Assembly (NCBI GenBank): GCA_965215885.1 | Contig: CBDCEW010000083.1 | Location: forward strand, 6,117-70,116 | Source: Candidatus Moanibacter sp. | Lineage (GTDB): Bacteria; Verrucomicrobiota; Verrucomicrobiia; Opitutales; UBA2987 | DNA: 64,000 bases | Direction of reading: 5' to 3' | Shown here: in pieces, positions 56,161 to 64,000 of the stretch | How positions within the stretch are numbered: the stretch's first letter is position 1 | Layout of the letters: each line of letters begins with the position of its first letter | Made by a program: the position numbers and the translations under genes | The notes under the pieces: generated by a model | What the model was told of the DNA's origin: nothing | The model's database searches: none | Seen by the model: only the letters and a program-made list of their open reading frames with translations

Positions 56161-56351
56161 CCATGGCACGGCGTAGCGGATCGGAGACGGCTCGGTGAAT
56201 CTCTCCTGCCCTGAGCCCCGTCGAAGGGGTGACCCCTCTTCTCTTATGTCAGCCTTCCAGTCTGCTGGCGATTTCCGTTTGATCTAAAATTCCTATCTAT
56301 TCAATTCTTCTTTACGAAACCGGAAAAACCCTCAATATGAAGCTCTTCCTA

Positions 56352-56425
56352 CGGGGCGTAGCTCAGCCTGGCAGAGCGCTGCGTTCGGGACGCAGAGGTC
56401 GCTGGTTCAAATCCAGTCGCCCCGA
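56352..56425 (+). tRNA. tRNA-Pro (anticodon CGG)
   Basis: Hand-folded cloverleaf. The acceptor stem is CGGGGCG/CGCCCCG, the D stem GCTC/GAGC, the anticodon stem CTGCG/CGCAG with loop TTCGGGA, and the T arm GCTGG-TTCAAAT-CCAGT. The discriminator is A and no CCA is encoded. Confidence 0.9.
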
Positions 56426-56488
56426 TTTCCACAAGCCACCCCTCGGCATTCACTCTCGATGCCTCTAACAGACTCGAACCTAAAGTAG

Positions 56489-57841
56489 ATGTTGAGGAAA
56501 ACGATGGACGCCTTTCTGCATTGCAGAGCATCGCGCGGGAAGGGCCGCAACCCAGGTATTTATCTGCTCATGTTTTCCATCTGCGGCGGGTTGCTTACGC
56601 TTTCTCTCTCCTGCAGTGGGCCGGAACCGGTCCGTAAAGAGAAACAAGAACAAGAGCCCGACACTTCCCTGATCGGCCCGGACCTGCTCGTCAGCCGCCC
56701 GATTGGCAACGCCCTCGTCGGACACCCGATGATTACCGACCTGACAGTCGTCGACCTGGATCAGGATGGGCTCATGGACGTCGTAGTATGCGAAGGGCGG
56801 GCCAGTGTGGTGAGTTGGATACGGCAGGAGTCCCCGGGTGTGTTTGTGGAGAAGGACCTGGAGCGGGACATCACGGGACCGGCACATGTTGAGGCGAGTG
56901 ATATCGATCGGGACGGCGATCTGGACCTGCTCATCGCAGCCATGGGGATCATCACGCCCAACAACGAGAAAATCGGGGCCGTTGTCGTTCTGGAAAATCT
57001 GGGAGCGCAGGAATTCCGAAAACGGGTGCTCCTCGAAAAGGTCTCGCGGGTAACGGACGTGCAGGCAGAGGACCTGGACGGCGATGGCGACTTCGACCTG
57101 GCAGTGGGTCAGTTCGGATACTTTCAGGGAGAGATTCGGTGGATGGAAAACCTGGGTGACTGGCAATTTGAGAGTCATCCTCTGCTCGATCTCTCCGGGA
57201 CTATTCATACCCCCGTAGCAGACATTGACGGGGATCGGGACATCGACATCCTCGCCCTCGTCTCGCAGGAATGGGAGGAGATCTATGTGTTTGATAACAA
57301 TGGCGGTACATTTCAGCAACGAATTATCTATGGTTCGACAAACGAGGATTACGGCAGCAGCGGTATCGCCATCGATGACATCGATGGCGACGGAGATCCC
57401 GACATCGTCTATACCAATGGTGACGCTCTGGACTATTCGACACCGGGCCCGCGACCATGGCACGGCGTGCAATGGCTGGAGAATAACGGTCAGGGCTACT
57501 TTTCATTCCATCGTCTGGGAGACTTTCCCGGCGCCTACAGTCCCACTGCCACGGATCTGGACGGAGATGGTGACCTCGACATTCTCGCGGTTAGCTCATT
57601 CGACGACTGGGGACGAAAGAAAGCATTTTCAATCATCTGCTTCGAACAGGTTAGCCCACGCGAATTTCGCCCTCGCGTGCTGGCTGTAGATCCGCCCCGC
57701 CTGCTCGCTCTCGATGCCGCGGACATGGACGGCGACGGAGAGGTTGAACTCGTAACAGGTAGCTTTCACTCATATCCGCCTTTCGAAAATATGAGCCGGG
57801 TTCTTCTCTGGGACCGAAGAGAAGACACAGAGCACCACTGA
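56489..57841 (+). CDS. Seven-repeat FG-GAP/VCBS beta-propeller lipoprotein
   Basis: 450 aa with a lipobox-like LTLSLSCSG. There are seven D-x-D-x-D-G Ca-binding-type repeats: DLDQDG, DIDRDGD, DLDGDGD, DIDGDRD, DIDGDGD, DLDGDGD, DMDGDGE. Confidence 0.85.
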   Translation: MLRKTMDAFLHCRASRGKGRNPGIYLLMFSICGGLLTLSLSCSGPEPVRKEKQEQEPDTSLIGPDLLVSRPIGNALVGHPMITDLTVVDLDQDGLMDVVVCEGRASVVSWIRQESPGVFVEKDLERDITGPAHVEASDIDRDGDLDLLIAAMGIITPNNEKIGAVVVLENLGAQEFRKRVLLEKVSRVTDVQAEDLDGDGDFDLAVGQFGYFQGEIRWMENLGDWQFESHPLLDLSGTIHTPVADIDGDRDIDILALVSQEWEEIYVFDNNGGTFQQRIIYGSTNEDYGSSGIAIDDIDGDGDPDIVYTNGDALDYSTPGPRPWHGVQWLENNGQGYFSFHRLGDFPGAYSPTATDLDGDGDLDILAVSSFDDWGRKKAFSIICFEQVSPREFRPRVLAVDPPRLLALDAADMDGDGEVELVTGSFHSYPPFENMSRVLLWDRREDTEHH

Positions 57842-57929
57842 GCCGTCTCCGCTGCGTTGCGCCGTGCCATCCGTATTACAATCTTTCAAAACTTAGTTTT
57901 TTGAACACGTTTTTCTTTCATTGAAATAT

Positions 57930-58173
57930 AAGAGGCTGGTATTCAACGTATTGCAATCGACCCGTCGCCGCTTCGCTTCGCCGAGGCAAGCAAGGTTTGG
58001 GACAAGGTTCGCGACCCGTCGACGCTCTGCTTTGCCGAGGCATGCAAGGTTTCCAAGGGAAGTAGGAGTTTCCTTCTGCATTCGCGTCCATCTGCGTGGT
58101 CTGCCGTACGGCAGACCGGTTCTCTTCTTCCTTTTTTTGGTTGCGGCTTCGCTGCGCTAGGAAATCCGCGGTC
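57930..58173 (+). repeat. Family-A repeat, copy A4
   Basis: It aligns with A1 and A3. It carries the extra internal palindrome GTCTGCCGTACGGCAGAC, which is also seen at 51552 and, as a variant with the last base T, at 55724. Confidence 0.75.
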
Positions 58174-58183
58174 ACACAGATTC

Positions 58184-59476
58184 CTAATTACCCTCAGGGA
58201 ACATCTCTTCCGGGTCGGTCATTATCTCCATGCCGCCGTGGTCGCGCACTTCGTCGAGCATCGCCTCAGACACCAGGATTTCGCCCAGCGTGAGCGTGTC
58301 CTTAATTCGAACGATTCGGGCGTCTTGCGGTTTGACCCGTAGCAGCGTCTTAATCGCCAGCCGAACAGCATCTTTTTCGGTCGGCATCACAATCGGAATC
58401 AGCCCCCCATCCAGGTATGCGCTGGTAATGACGTTGGCATAGGTGAAACCGATATCAATGCGATTGAATAACTTTAGGACCACAATCTTCTTCTTTTGGG
58501 TGATGACATCAGCAACGCCGATCCCGCACGCATTCCCGTGAGTCTGATCGCTGAGATCAAGGACCACAATCTTCTTCACGCGAGGCCTTTCGAATCCGAC
58601 CACACCTCGATTATTCCGACCTGTGATGTTGGGGTCGAACCCCGCGCCACTGATTTCCTTGCCCATTCGATCGATTACGAGGACGTCGATATCTTCGAAA
58701 TAGAGGCGGGCCATCAGCTCTTTGGAACGCGCCTGCAATTCGCTTTCGCGCGCCACCAGTCGCTCGGGCGGAATAGCTTCGACGATAGCAGTGTTTTCGT
58801 AGGCATCTTCAACCAGGGCTACCCCGAAAAGAAACGGTATCTGCTGCATGATCAATTCAGCTGCCACCGGCAAAACCTCCGCAAACCGATCCATGCCCTG
58901 GTTATGTATCACGGTGGCGCCGTTGATCTTACCCATGCCGATGACCATCATCTTTACGATACCGCTCTCGATATCGCCCCTGAACGTCGTATGAGGTTTG
59001 ATGCGATTAATGAGAACGACACCATCGGCCTCCCTTGCATTCCTGTCCATGTGCAGTGGCGTGCCGTCGTCCAATTCGGCGACCACGACGGTATCCATCG
59101 TTGCCCGTATCGGGGCCCCGATACGTGCCTCCGTAATACCGTAGTTCGCCAGCACTTCCGTCTGGCCCTCCACGGTGGCCCCTCCATGGCTGCCCATGGC
59201 GGGAAAAACAAACGGTTCCCCCCCGCGGCTCACAATTCCAGACACCAAAGACCCTACGGCTTCCCCAATATTCGCCACACCTCTGCTACCCACACCAATG
59301 GCGATCTTTGCTCCCGGGGATATCTTCGACCCTATATCCGGTGCGTCGAGCTGCTCTCGCACACTCGTGGCGACATCGTCCACGCGATGCGTCTCGAAAA
59401 TCTGGCGCACCTTCGCCATTTTTGGAATCGGTAGATCCAGTCCACCTGCGATATTCACTTGAACGTTCTCGAACAT
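58184..59476 (-). CDS. LarA_N/DUF2088-like domain protein (nickel-pincer isomerase-like family; function uncertain)
   Basis: 430-aa ORF. The blocks KIAIGVGSRGV, FPAMGSHGGATVEGQ, INRIKPHTTFRGDIESGIVKMMVIGMGK and HGNACGIGVAD recall this family from memory. No search was done. Confidence 0.6.
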   Translation of the reverse strand: MFENVQVNIAGGLDLPIPKMAKVRQIFETHRVDDVATSVREQLDAPDIGSKISPGAKIAIGVGSRGVANIGEAVGSLVSGIVSRGGEPFVFPAMGSHGGATVEGQTEVLANYGITEARIGAPIRATMDTVVVAELDDGTPLHMDRNAREADGVVLINRIKPHTTFRGDIESGIVKMMVIGMGKINGATVIHNQGMDRFAEVLPVAAELIMQQIPFLFGVALVEDAYENTAIVEAIPPERLVARESELQARSKELMARLYFEDIDVLVIDRMGKEISGAGFDPNITGRNNRGVVGFERPRVKKIVVLDLSDQTHGNACGIGVADVITQKKKIVVLKLFNRIDIGFTYANVITSAYLDGGLIPIVMPTEKDAVRLAIKTLLRVKPQDARIVRIKDTLTLGEILVSEAMLDEVRDHGGMEIMTDPEEMFPEGN

Positions 59477-59945
59477 GGCTACCCTTTCGTCTTCAAAATC
59501 AACTACCTTATCGTATTTGAAAATAGACGGATTAGAACTTAGAGGGCAATTAATTTTGAGGAATTGAAGAATACTCCCCGTCCTTGCTTGCCGCGGACGA
59601 GGTATCTAACTCTTTCGCCAATAGGTCCGTAACTGCCTTTGCTCATTACGAAGTTGAAACAAACGTCCCCGGAGGGGCCGTTCCACCACTAACAACCTTG
59701 CTACTGGTGGATCGGGCGCTCCGCGCACGATGACAATAGATCAGCGACCCCGCAGCAAACTACGGGGAATTACCAAGTTAAAAATAATAGAGGATTATCA
59801 TTAACAGCCAGATCGCAGAAGAATAGCCAGAACCGACCAACTACCCATATTTCGAGTTACGAAACTTAACTCGACTCGGACGCGGTCAATTCAAGATCCT
59901 GAGAAATCTCCCTTCTCGGGGAAATTGATAATTTCTCGAACTCAC

Positions 59946-60093
59946 AATTGTGATTCGGCTGAAAAATCCCTCGTTCTTGCGACCGCGGCTACAACGTTAC
60001 GTAAGTCGTTGATATATGTAGCCGCGTTCGCAAGAATGGGGTCGCGGGTTCCGCGAGGACGACTTTTACAGCCGAATCGTAAGGGCTGAATTA
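59946..60093. mobile_element. Family-E MITE-like element flanked by a ~104-bp duplication
   Basis: The TIR is GATTCGGCTGAAAAA / TTTTACAGCCGAATC. The core is GTTCTTGCGACCGCGGCTAC...GTAGCCGCGTTCGCAAGAA. Flanking segments 59842-59945 and 60094-60197 are about 85% identical. Confidence 0.75.
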
Positions 60094-60109
60094 TTACCCC
60101 AATTCCGAG

Positions 60110-61135
60110 TTACGAAACGTAATTCAACTCCCGCGCCGTCAATTCAAGATCCTGCGACAACTCCCTAATCGGGGGAATTGATAATTTCTCTAACTCACCG
60201 TGGTAGGCCTTCACTGCATCTCTTGCTGAAATCTCTTCGTCCGCGATCCTCCGCAGGTAGGAAACGAACGACAATGGATGTTCGGCGCTTTTAATCTTGC
60301 GCCCGAAGAGTGCGACGCGGGCCCCAAATCTCTTACCCTCCTCAAGCAACTTGAAGGCATCGTGTGTCGTCCCACTTCCGCCACCGAGAATTCCCACGAT
60401 CAACGCTGGGTCGTAGGCCACGAGTTCCTCCATCCACTTCGGCCCGAAGAACGGGATTTTCAGAAACTCGGGTCGACTGCTCTGCGGCACTCCAGCCAGC
60501 ATACGGCAGATGTGATCATTGACAAAGGCAGGCAGCTCTTCCTCGCTCAAACCGCAGTCGACATTCGGGGCGAACACTTCGAGGAAATATCGAAATCCAT
60601 GATCCACTGCATCTAGACGAAATTCGTTAAATGCCGTCAGCGACGCCAGATCGCTATCCAGATCGTTGTTAAAGGTTACGGAATAAAGCCCCAGATTCAC
60701 TTTCGGCTCACCTGAATCCCCGGCATTGAGTCTCCCAAATTGAGCTTCTTCCAGAATGCAGGTGGAAAAGGGTCGGGAGGGCTGTTCCACGTAGCGCATC
60801 CCACGCCCGCACCAGATATCGGTTGTATCGTTGGCCCGAATGGCAGGTGTAACGGGCGAATTCTCGAAGAGATTCTCCCGGTGGGCCAACTGGTCCATTA
60901 CAGAGACCGACGTCAACATGATATCCAGTTTCTCCTGGCGAATGAGGGCACGGATCTGCTCCCGAAACTCCGTCATGGAGGCGAATTCACGCCCCTCCTC
61001 GGGAGGATATGGCGCACCCGGACTGGGAATTCCCCACGCCATGTCCGCATCCTTCGCATCCGCCAGAATAAACTCCCGGCAGGATTGCGGATCTTCCCGC
61101 AGAGCCGCAAGTTTGGTATCGAGTGTCTTTTTCAT
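60110..61135 (-). CDS. Hypothetical protein, possibly class-I aldolase-type TIM barrel
   Basis: 341-aa ORF. FLKIPFFG, ILGGGSGTT and GARVALFGRKI resemble the Lys and phosphate-binding pattern of DhnA/FbaB-like aldolases. The functional assignment is weak. Confidence 0.6.
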   Translation of the reverse strand: MKKTLDTKLAALREDPQSCREFILADAKDADMAWGIPSPGAPYPPEEGREFASMTEFREQIRALIRQEKLDIMLTSVSVMDQLAHRENLFENSPVTPAIRANDTTDIWCGRGMRYVEQPSRPFSTCILEEAQFGRLNAGDSGEPKVNLGLYSVTFNNDLDSDLASLTAFNEFRLDAVDHGFRYFLEVFAPNVDCGLSEEELPAFVNDHICRMLAGVPQSSRPEFLKIPFFGPKWMEELVAYDPALIVGILGGGSGTTHDAFKLLEEGKRFGARVALFGRKIKSAEHPLSFVSYLRRIADEEISARDAVKAYHGELEKLSIPPIRELSQDLELTARELNYVS

Positions 61136-61302
61136 ATTTTAGCTCGAAATCCTAACAATCTCCAGCGCAAGGCCGGGGGATTCCTGATTCTGTCAATCAG
61201 GTAGGTGATAGCTTCGGGGTCGCCCACTGCTTCATTTTTCTGAATGTTGAGTTTCTTCGGCCGGAAAAACCAATGTTCGTTTGTACCAGCCCACAGTGGT
61301 CT

Positions 61303-62118
61303 CTATGCCCGATCGGCGTAATCTTTTCCCCCATCGAAGACATTGAAGATGTGGTCGGCGCCCCCAATGAGGACGGCTTCGCGGGGCTCACCGGGCGCCG
61401 AATCCAAAAAAGCCGCTTCATATTGAGGTAGAAAGTCCTCGGATCCGCGGATCGAGATGAGGGCTCCCGGATACATTCGCAAACTCGCTATCAGGTCGAC
61501 ACCCCTGAAGCTCTCAAAGAATGAACTCTTCAGTGTGACAGTTTTCCATCCCTCGATCTCATAGGTCGCCTGCCCGTTGGCCATCGCCTCCTTAGCGATC
61601 TCACCCATCCGCCCCTGAAAGAAGTCACGTTCGAAGTCCCCGCTACTCGACCAGAGCGCCATGGATCGAAACCACTCCGGATGCTTTCCCGCAACAAAGA
61701 TGGCGGTGGCCCCGCCAAGGCTCGAACCCATCAAGCCCAGATGAGCACGCGCAATTCCCTCCCTTTTCAGGAGGAAATGGTAGGCCGCCTCCGAATCCTC
61801 AACCCGGGTATGCAATGTCGACTCAATATTCGTTCTCTCGCGATCACCTTCACCGCGAAAATTGATGCGGAATGTTGCGATTCCCGCCTCTGCCAACTCG
61901 AAGGCGAGTCTCTTCTTGAAATCGGCCGGACCGTTCATGTCGTCGGCAAAGCCGTGCAGGAGGAGGACGGCGCGTCCATCCCAATCGTCCTCAGGTTCCA
62001 GCCAGGCGCCTCTCAAGTCCTCACTTATCCGCACCATTTCTTCCCGAATCTCCGCCATGACGCGGTTTGCCACTGCTGAAAGGCCGATTAATAAAAAAAA
62101 CACCAACTTCAAATTCAC
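61303..62118 (-). CDS. Secreted alpha/beta-fold hydrolase
   Basis: 271 aa with signal peptide MNLKLVFFLLIGLSAVANRVMA, LLLHGFADD and the nucleophile elbow GSSLGG. Confidence 0.8.
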   Translation of the reverse strand: MNLKLVFFLLIGLSAVANRVMAEIREEMVRISEDLRGAWLEPEDDWDGRAVLLLHGFADDMNGPADFKKRLAFELAEAGIATFRINFRGEGDRERTNIESTLHTRVEDSEAAYHFLLKREGIARAHLGLMGSSLGGATAIFVAGKHPEWFRSMALWSSSGDFERDFFQGRMGEIAKEAMANGQATYEIEGWKTVTLKSSFFESFRGVDLIASLRMYPGALISIRGSEDFLPQYEAAFLDSAPGEPREAVLIGGADHIFNVFDGGKDYADRA

Positions 62119-62320
62119 CGCATCTATACTACCAGAAGAATCGGTTGCTTTTCAAAGAATTCCTTTCGAGAACTCTGTTGCTCCAATAATCTCCCAGTGA
62201 ATCTCTCCAAAGCGCAGCTTTACTGTTTACCGAACACTGTTCGCCGGTAGCATTATCATTTCCCCAACATACAAAAATTCCATTTTTCATCATTCCATTC
62301 TTTAAATCCGCAATCCAAAC

Positions 62321-62671
62321 ATGACCTATTATCTTGTAAAGCTTATCCTCTCAGCCGGAATCATAGTCGCTGTCTCTGAGACGGCCAAACGGTCCACTCT
62401 AATTGGAGCAATAATCGCTTCGCTGCCCCTCGTTACGATTCTTTCTTTTATCTGGATCTACGTTGAAACGAAAAATATCGAGAAAGTGTCGCAACTTTCA
62501 ATGAGTATATTCTGGCTCGTTATTCCGTCACTCACTTTCCTGCTTATCCTTCCTCAGCTGTTTAAGACGGAGCTCAATTTTTACATATCCCTCGCCCTCT
62601 CATCCACGATAATGATTGGGTTCTATTTTGTGATGATCGCGGGATTGAAGAAACTGGGAGTCTCCCTCTAA
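62321..62671 (+). CDS. Small multi-pass membrane protein (DUF3147-like)
   Basis: 116 aa with four hydrophobic segments. Its stop overlaps the next start (TAATG). Confidence 0.6.
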   Translation: MTYYLVKLILSAGIIVAVSETAKRSTLIGAIIASLPLVTILSFIWIYVETKNIEKVSQLSMSIFWLVIPSLTFLLILPQLFKTELNFYISLALSSTIMIGFYFVMIAGLKKLGVSL

Positions 62672-63372
62672 TGGCACCGATTCGAACCCTGACATTCGAT
62701 CTTTTTGGGACAGTTCTCGACCTAGGCGGGAGCCTGACACCCTATATCCGGGATTATCTCGAAGATAAGAAGTGCGAAATATCACCGGAGAAATTCTGGT
62801 CGAAGTGGCGGGAACGCCAGCGGATTGAGCAGTTTCGAGATACCATGATGATGCTTGGGCACTGTGGATATCTGGAAGCCGCCCGCAGGGCGCTCAAATA
62901 TGTCTTCGCTCAAATCGGTATCCCCGTCACAAACGGAGAGGTCGCTGAGCTCATGGAAACCTGGAGGCAACTCAAACCATTTCCTGAAGTCGAGGAAGCG
63001 CTCAACGGCCTGAAAGAGGAATTTCAACTCGTCGTTCTTTCCAACGGCGAAAGTGACTTCCTCGAATACCTTGTAGAAAATCGCTGTCCGTTCGGATTCG
63101 ACCGGATTATTTCAGTCGATGAAGCCAGCGTCTTCAAACCCCACCCTGCCGTCTACAGGAAGGCGGCTCAATTGCTCAAACGTGAACCCGGCGAATGCCT
63201 TATGGTCTCGGCCCATCCCTTTGACGTCGTTGGAGCCCGTGCCTGTGGTTTCCGCGGCGCTTTCGTCAACCGCTATGGTTTCCCCTATATTGACGATAGA
63301 TTCCTTCCCGATCTGGAAGTGCAGGACTTCTCAGAGTTAGCGCGGGAGTTGATGTCAGTCCTTGATTCTTGA
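62671..63372 (+). CDS. HAD-superfamily hydrolase (haloacid dehalogenase type II-like)
   Basis: 233 aa with LTFDLFGTVLD (motif I), VLSNG (motif II) and VSAHPFDVVGA (motif III/IV region). Confidence 0.8.
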   Translation: MAPIRTLTFDLFGTVLDLGGSLTPYIRDYLEDKKCEISPEKFWSKWRERQRIEQFRDTMMMLGHCGYLEAARRALKYVFAQIGIPVTNGEVAELMETWRQLKPFPEVEEALNGLKEEFQLVVLSNGESDFLEYLVENRCPFGFDRIISVDEASVFKPHPAVYRKAAQLLKREPGECLMVSAHPFDVVGARACGFRGAFVNRYGFPYIDDRFLPDLEVQDFSELARELMSVLDS

Positions 63373-63479
63373 ATCCGGTGAAAAAAACCCACGTTCTTGC
63401 GAACGCGGCTACGGTGCTGCGTAATTCGTTGATGATTGTAGCCGCGTTCGCACGAACGCGGGAATTTTCTAGCAGAATC
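63371..63479. repeat. Family-E MITE-like element, copy 2
   Basis: GAATCCGGTGAAAAA...GTTCTTGCGAACGCGGCTAC...GTAGCCGCGTTCGCACGAA...TTTTCTAGCAGAATC. It begins inside the stop codon of 62671..63372. Confidence 0.7.
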
Positions 63480-63504
63480 GATTGTTAACTCTGCAAGTGC
63501 CTGG

Positions 63505-63777
63505 TGTCGTGTCCCGCAAATACCTTCACACAGGCAGGAGCGATTTTGCGTCTCCAGCAAAGCAGCGCCAAGGGTGCTGTGCCATCGGCACCGCTCCTTG
63601 GGCGCGAATGCCGCTGGGACACAAAAGCGCCCTGTTCTTCACGAATGAGGCGGCATTGAGGGGTTCGCAGCGTTGTGCAGCCGGGGAAAGCCCGACAGGG
63701 CTTCCTCCCGGCTACCCGCCTTGCGCTGCCCCTCAACGGCGCTCTCACCTGTGTAAAGGGATTTGCGGGACACGACA
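63505..63777. repeat. Family-F element: 273 bp with 30-bp terminal inverted repeats
   Basis: TGTCGTGTCCCGCAAATACCTTCACACAGG (63505-63534) matches the reverse complement of 63748-63777 at 28/30. Confidence 0.7.
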
Positions 63778-63833
63778 TTAGAGTGTCTCCCAAATCACTG
63801 GACTAAATCAACGGTTTCGATTCAATCGGCTAT

Positions 63834-64000
63834 ATGAGCAAAGAACTATTCTCTCTGGAAGGTAAAGTGTCCCTCGTCACTGGAGGGGGGCGAGGCATCG
63901 GCGCAGCCATCGCAAAAGGCTTCGCGGAAGCGGGAGCCACCGTGGTATGCGCCGCGCGCACCCAATCTCAACTCGACGAGACCGTGGCCGCGATAGAGTC
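63834..64000 (+). CDS. Short-chain dehydrogenase/reductase (SDR), 5' partial at window end
   Basis: MSKELFSLEGKVSLVTGGGRGIGAAIAKGFAEAGATVVCAAR. It runs off the window. Confidence 0.8.
   Translation, partial: MSKELFSLEGKVSLVTGGGRGIGAAIAKGFAEAGATVVCAARTQSQLDETVAAIE

Noticed and set aside
50900-56350. Integrated prophage or genomic island at tRNA-Pro
   Set aside because: There is no integrase, phage or conjugation genes, and no duplicated tRNA 3' end. The irregular region lies 5' of the tRNA rather than at its 3' end.
56480-57472. 330-aa minus-strand ORF opposite the FG-GAP gene, and ORF 56349..56531 over the tRNA
   Set aside because: The plus strand encodes seven regular FG-GAP repeats. The second ORF overlaps a cleanly folding tRNA-Pro.
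58496-59434. 312-aa plus-strand ORF opposite the LarA_N-like gene
   Set aside because: It is a shadow ORF. The minus-strand product has the conserved blocks.

Overview
This is a 64-kb chromosomal window from a moderately GC-rich bacterium (judged by eye, not computed). The gene content includes many xylose-isomerase-like TIM barrels, Gfo/Idh/MocA oxidoreductases, enolase-superfamily dehydratases, an FG-GAP lipoprotein and a hopanoid locus. Together with the repeat style this suggests a PVC-group organism (Verrucomicrobiota/Planctomycetota-like), but that is only a guess.

Layout:
- (1) 0.2-29.7 kb holds carbohydrate and sugar-acid catabolic genes: two enolase-superfamily enzymes, two tandem M19-like dipeptidases, three TIM-barrel isomerases, two Gfo/Idh/MocA, two SDRs, an HpcH aldolase and dhaKL. 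It also holds a NUDIX hydrolase and a TonB-dependent receptor. The block is interrupted by two transposase-bearing elements, an ISL3 relic and several gene stumps.
- (2) 30.0-32.6 kb is a decayed two-ORF IS-like element.
- (3) 33-51 kb is a hopanoid locus (sqs, shc, hpnG, hpnN, ispH, hpnB, hpnM-like, mlaA-like, hpnH). Its main minus-strand run continues into ino1 and an inositol-phosphate cytidylyltransferase-like gene. A convergent IPCT/DIPPS-like CDP-alcohol phosphotransferase sits nearby. This is the most interesting candidate system in the window.
- (4) 50.9-58.2 kb is an ORF-poor repeat mosaic. It contains a perfect 54-bp inverted-repeat pair, a fused nucleotidyltransferase-HEPN protein, tRNA-Pro(CGG) and a seven-blade FG-GAP lipoprotein.
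- (5) 58.2-64 kb holds miscellaneous metabolic genes.

At least eight families of MITE-like or foldback repeats (named A-H here) fill most intergenic gaps. Some have unusually long flanking duplications. All calls rest on reading the translated ORFs and the nucleotide sequence. No database search was run.
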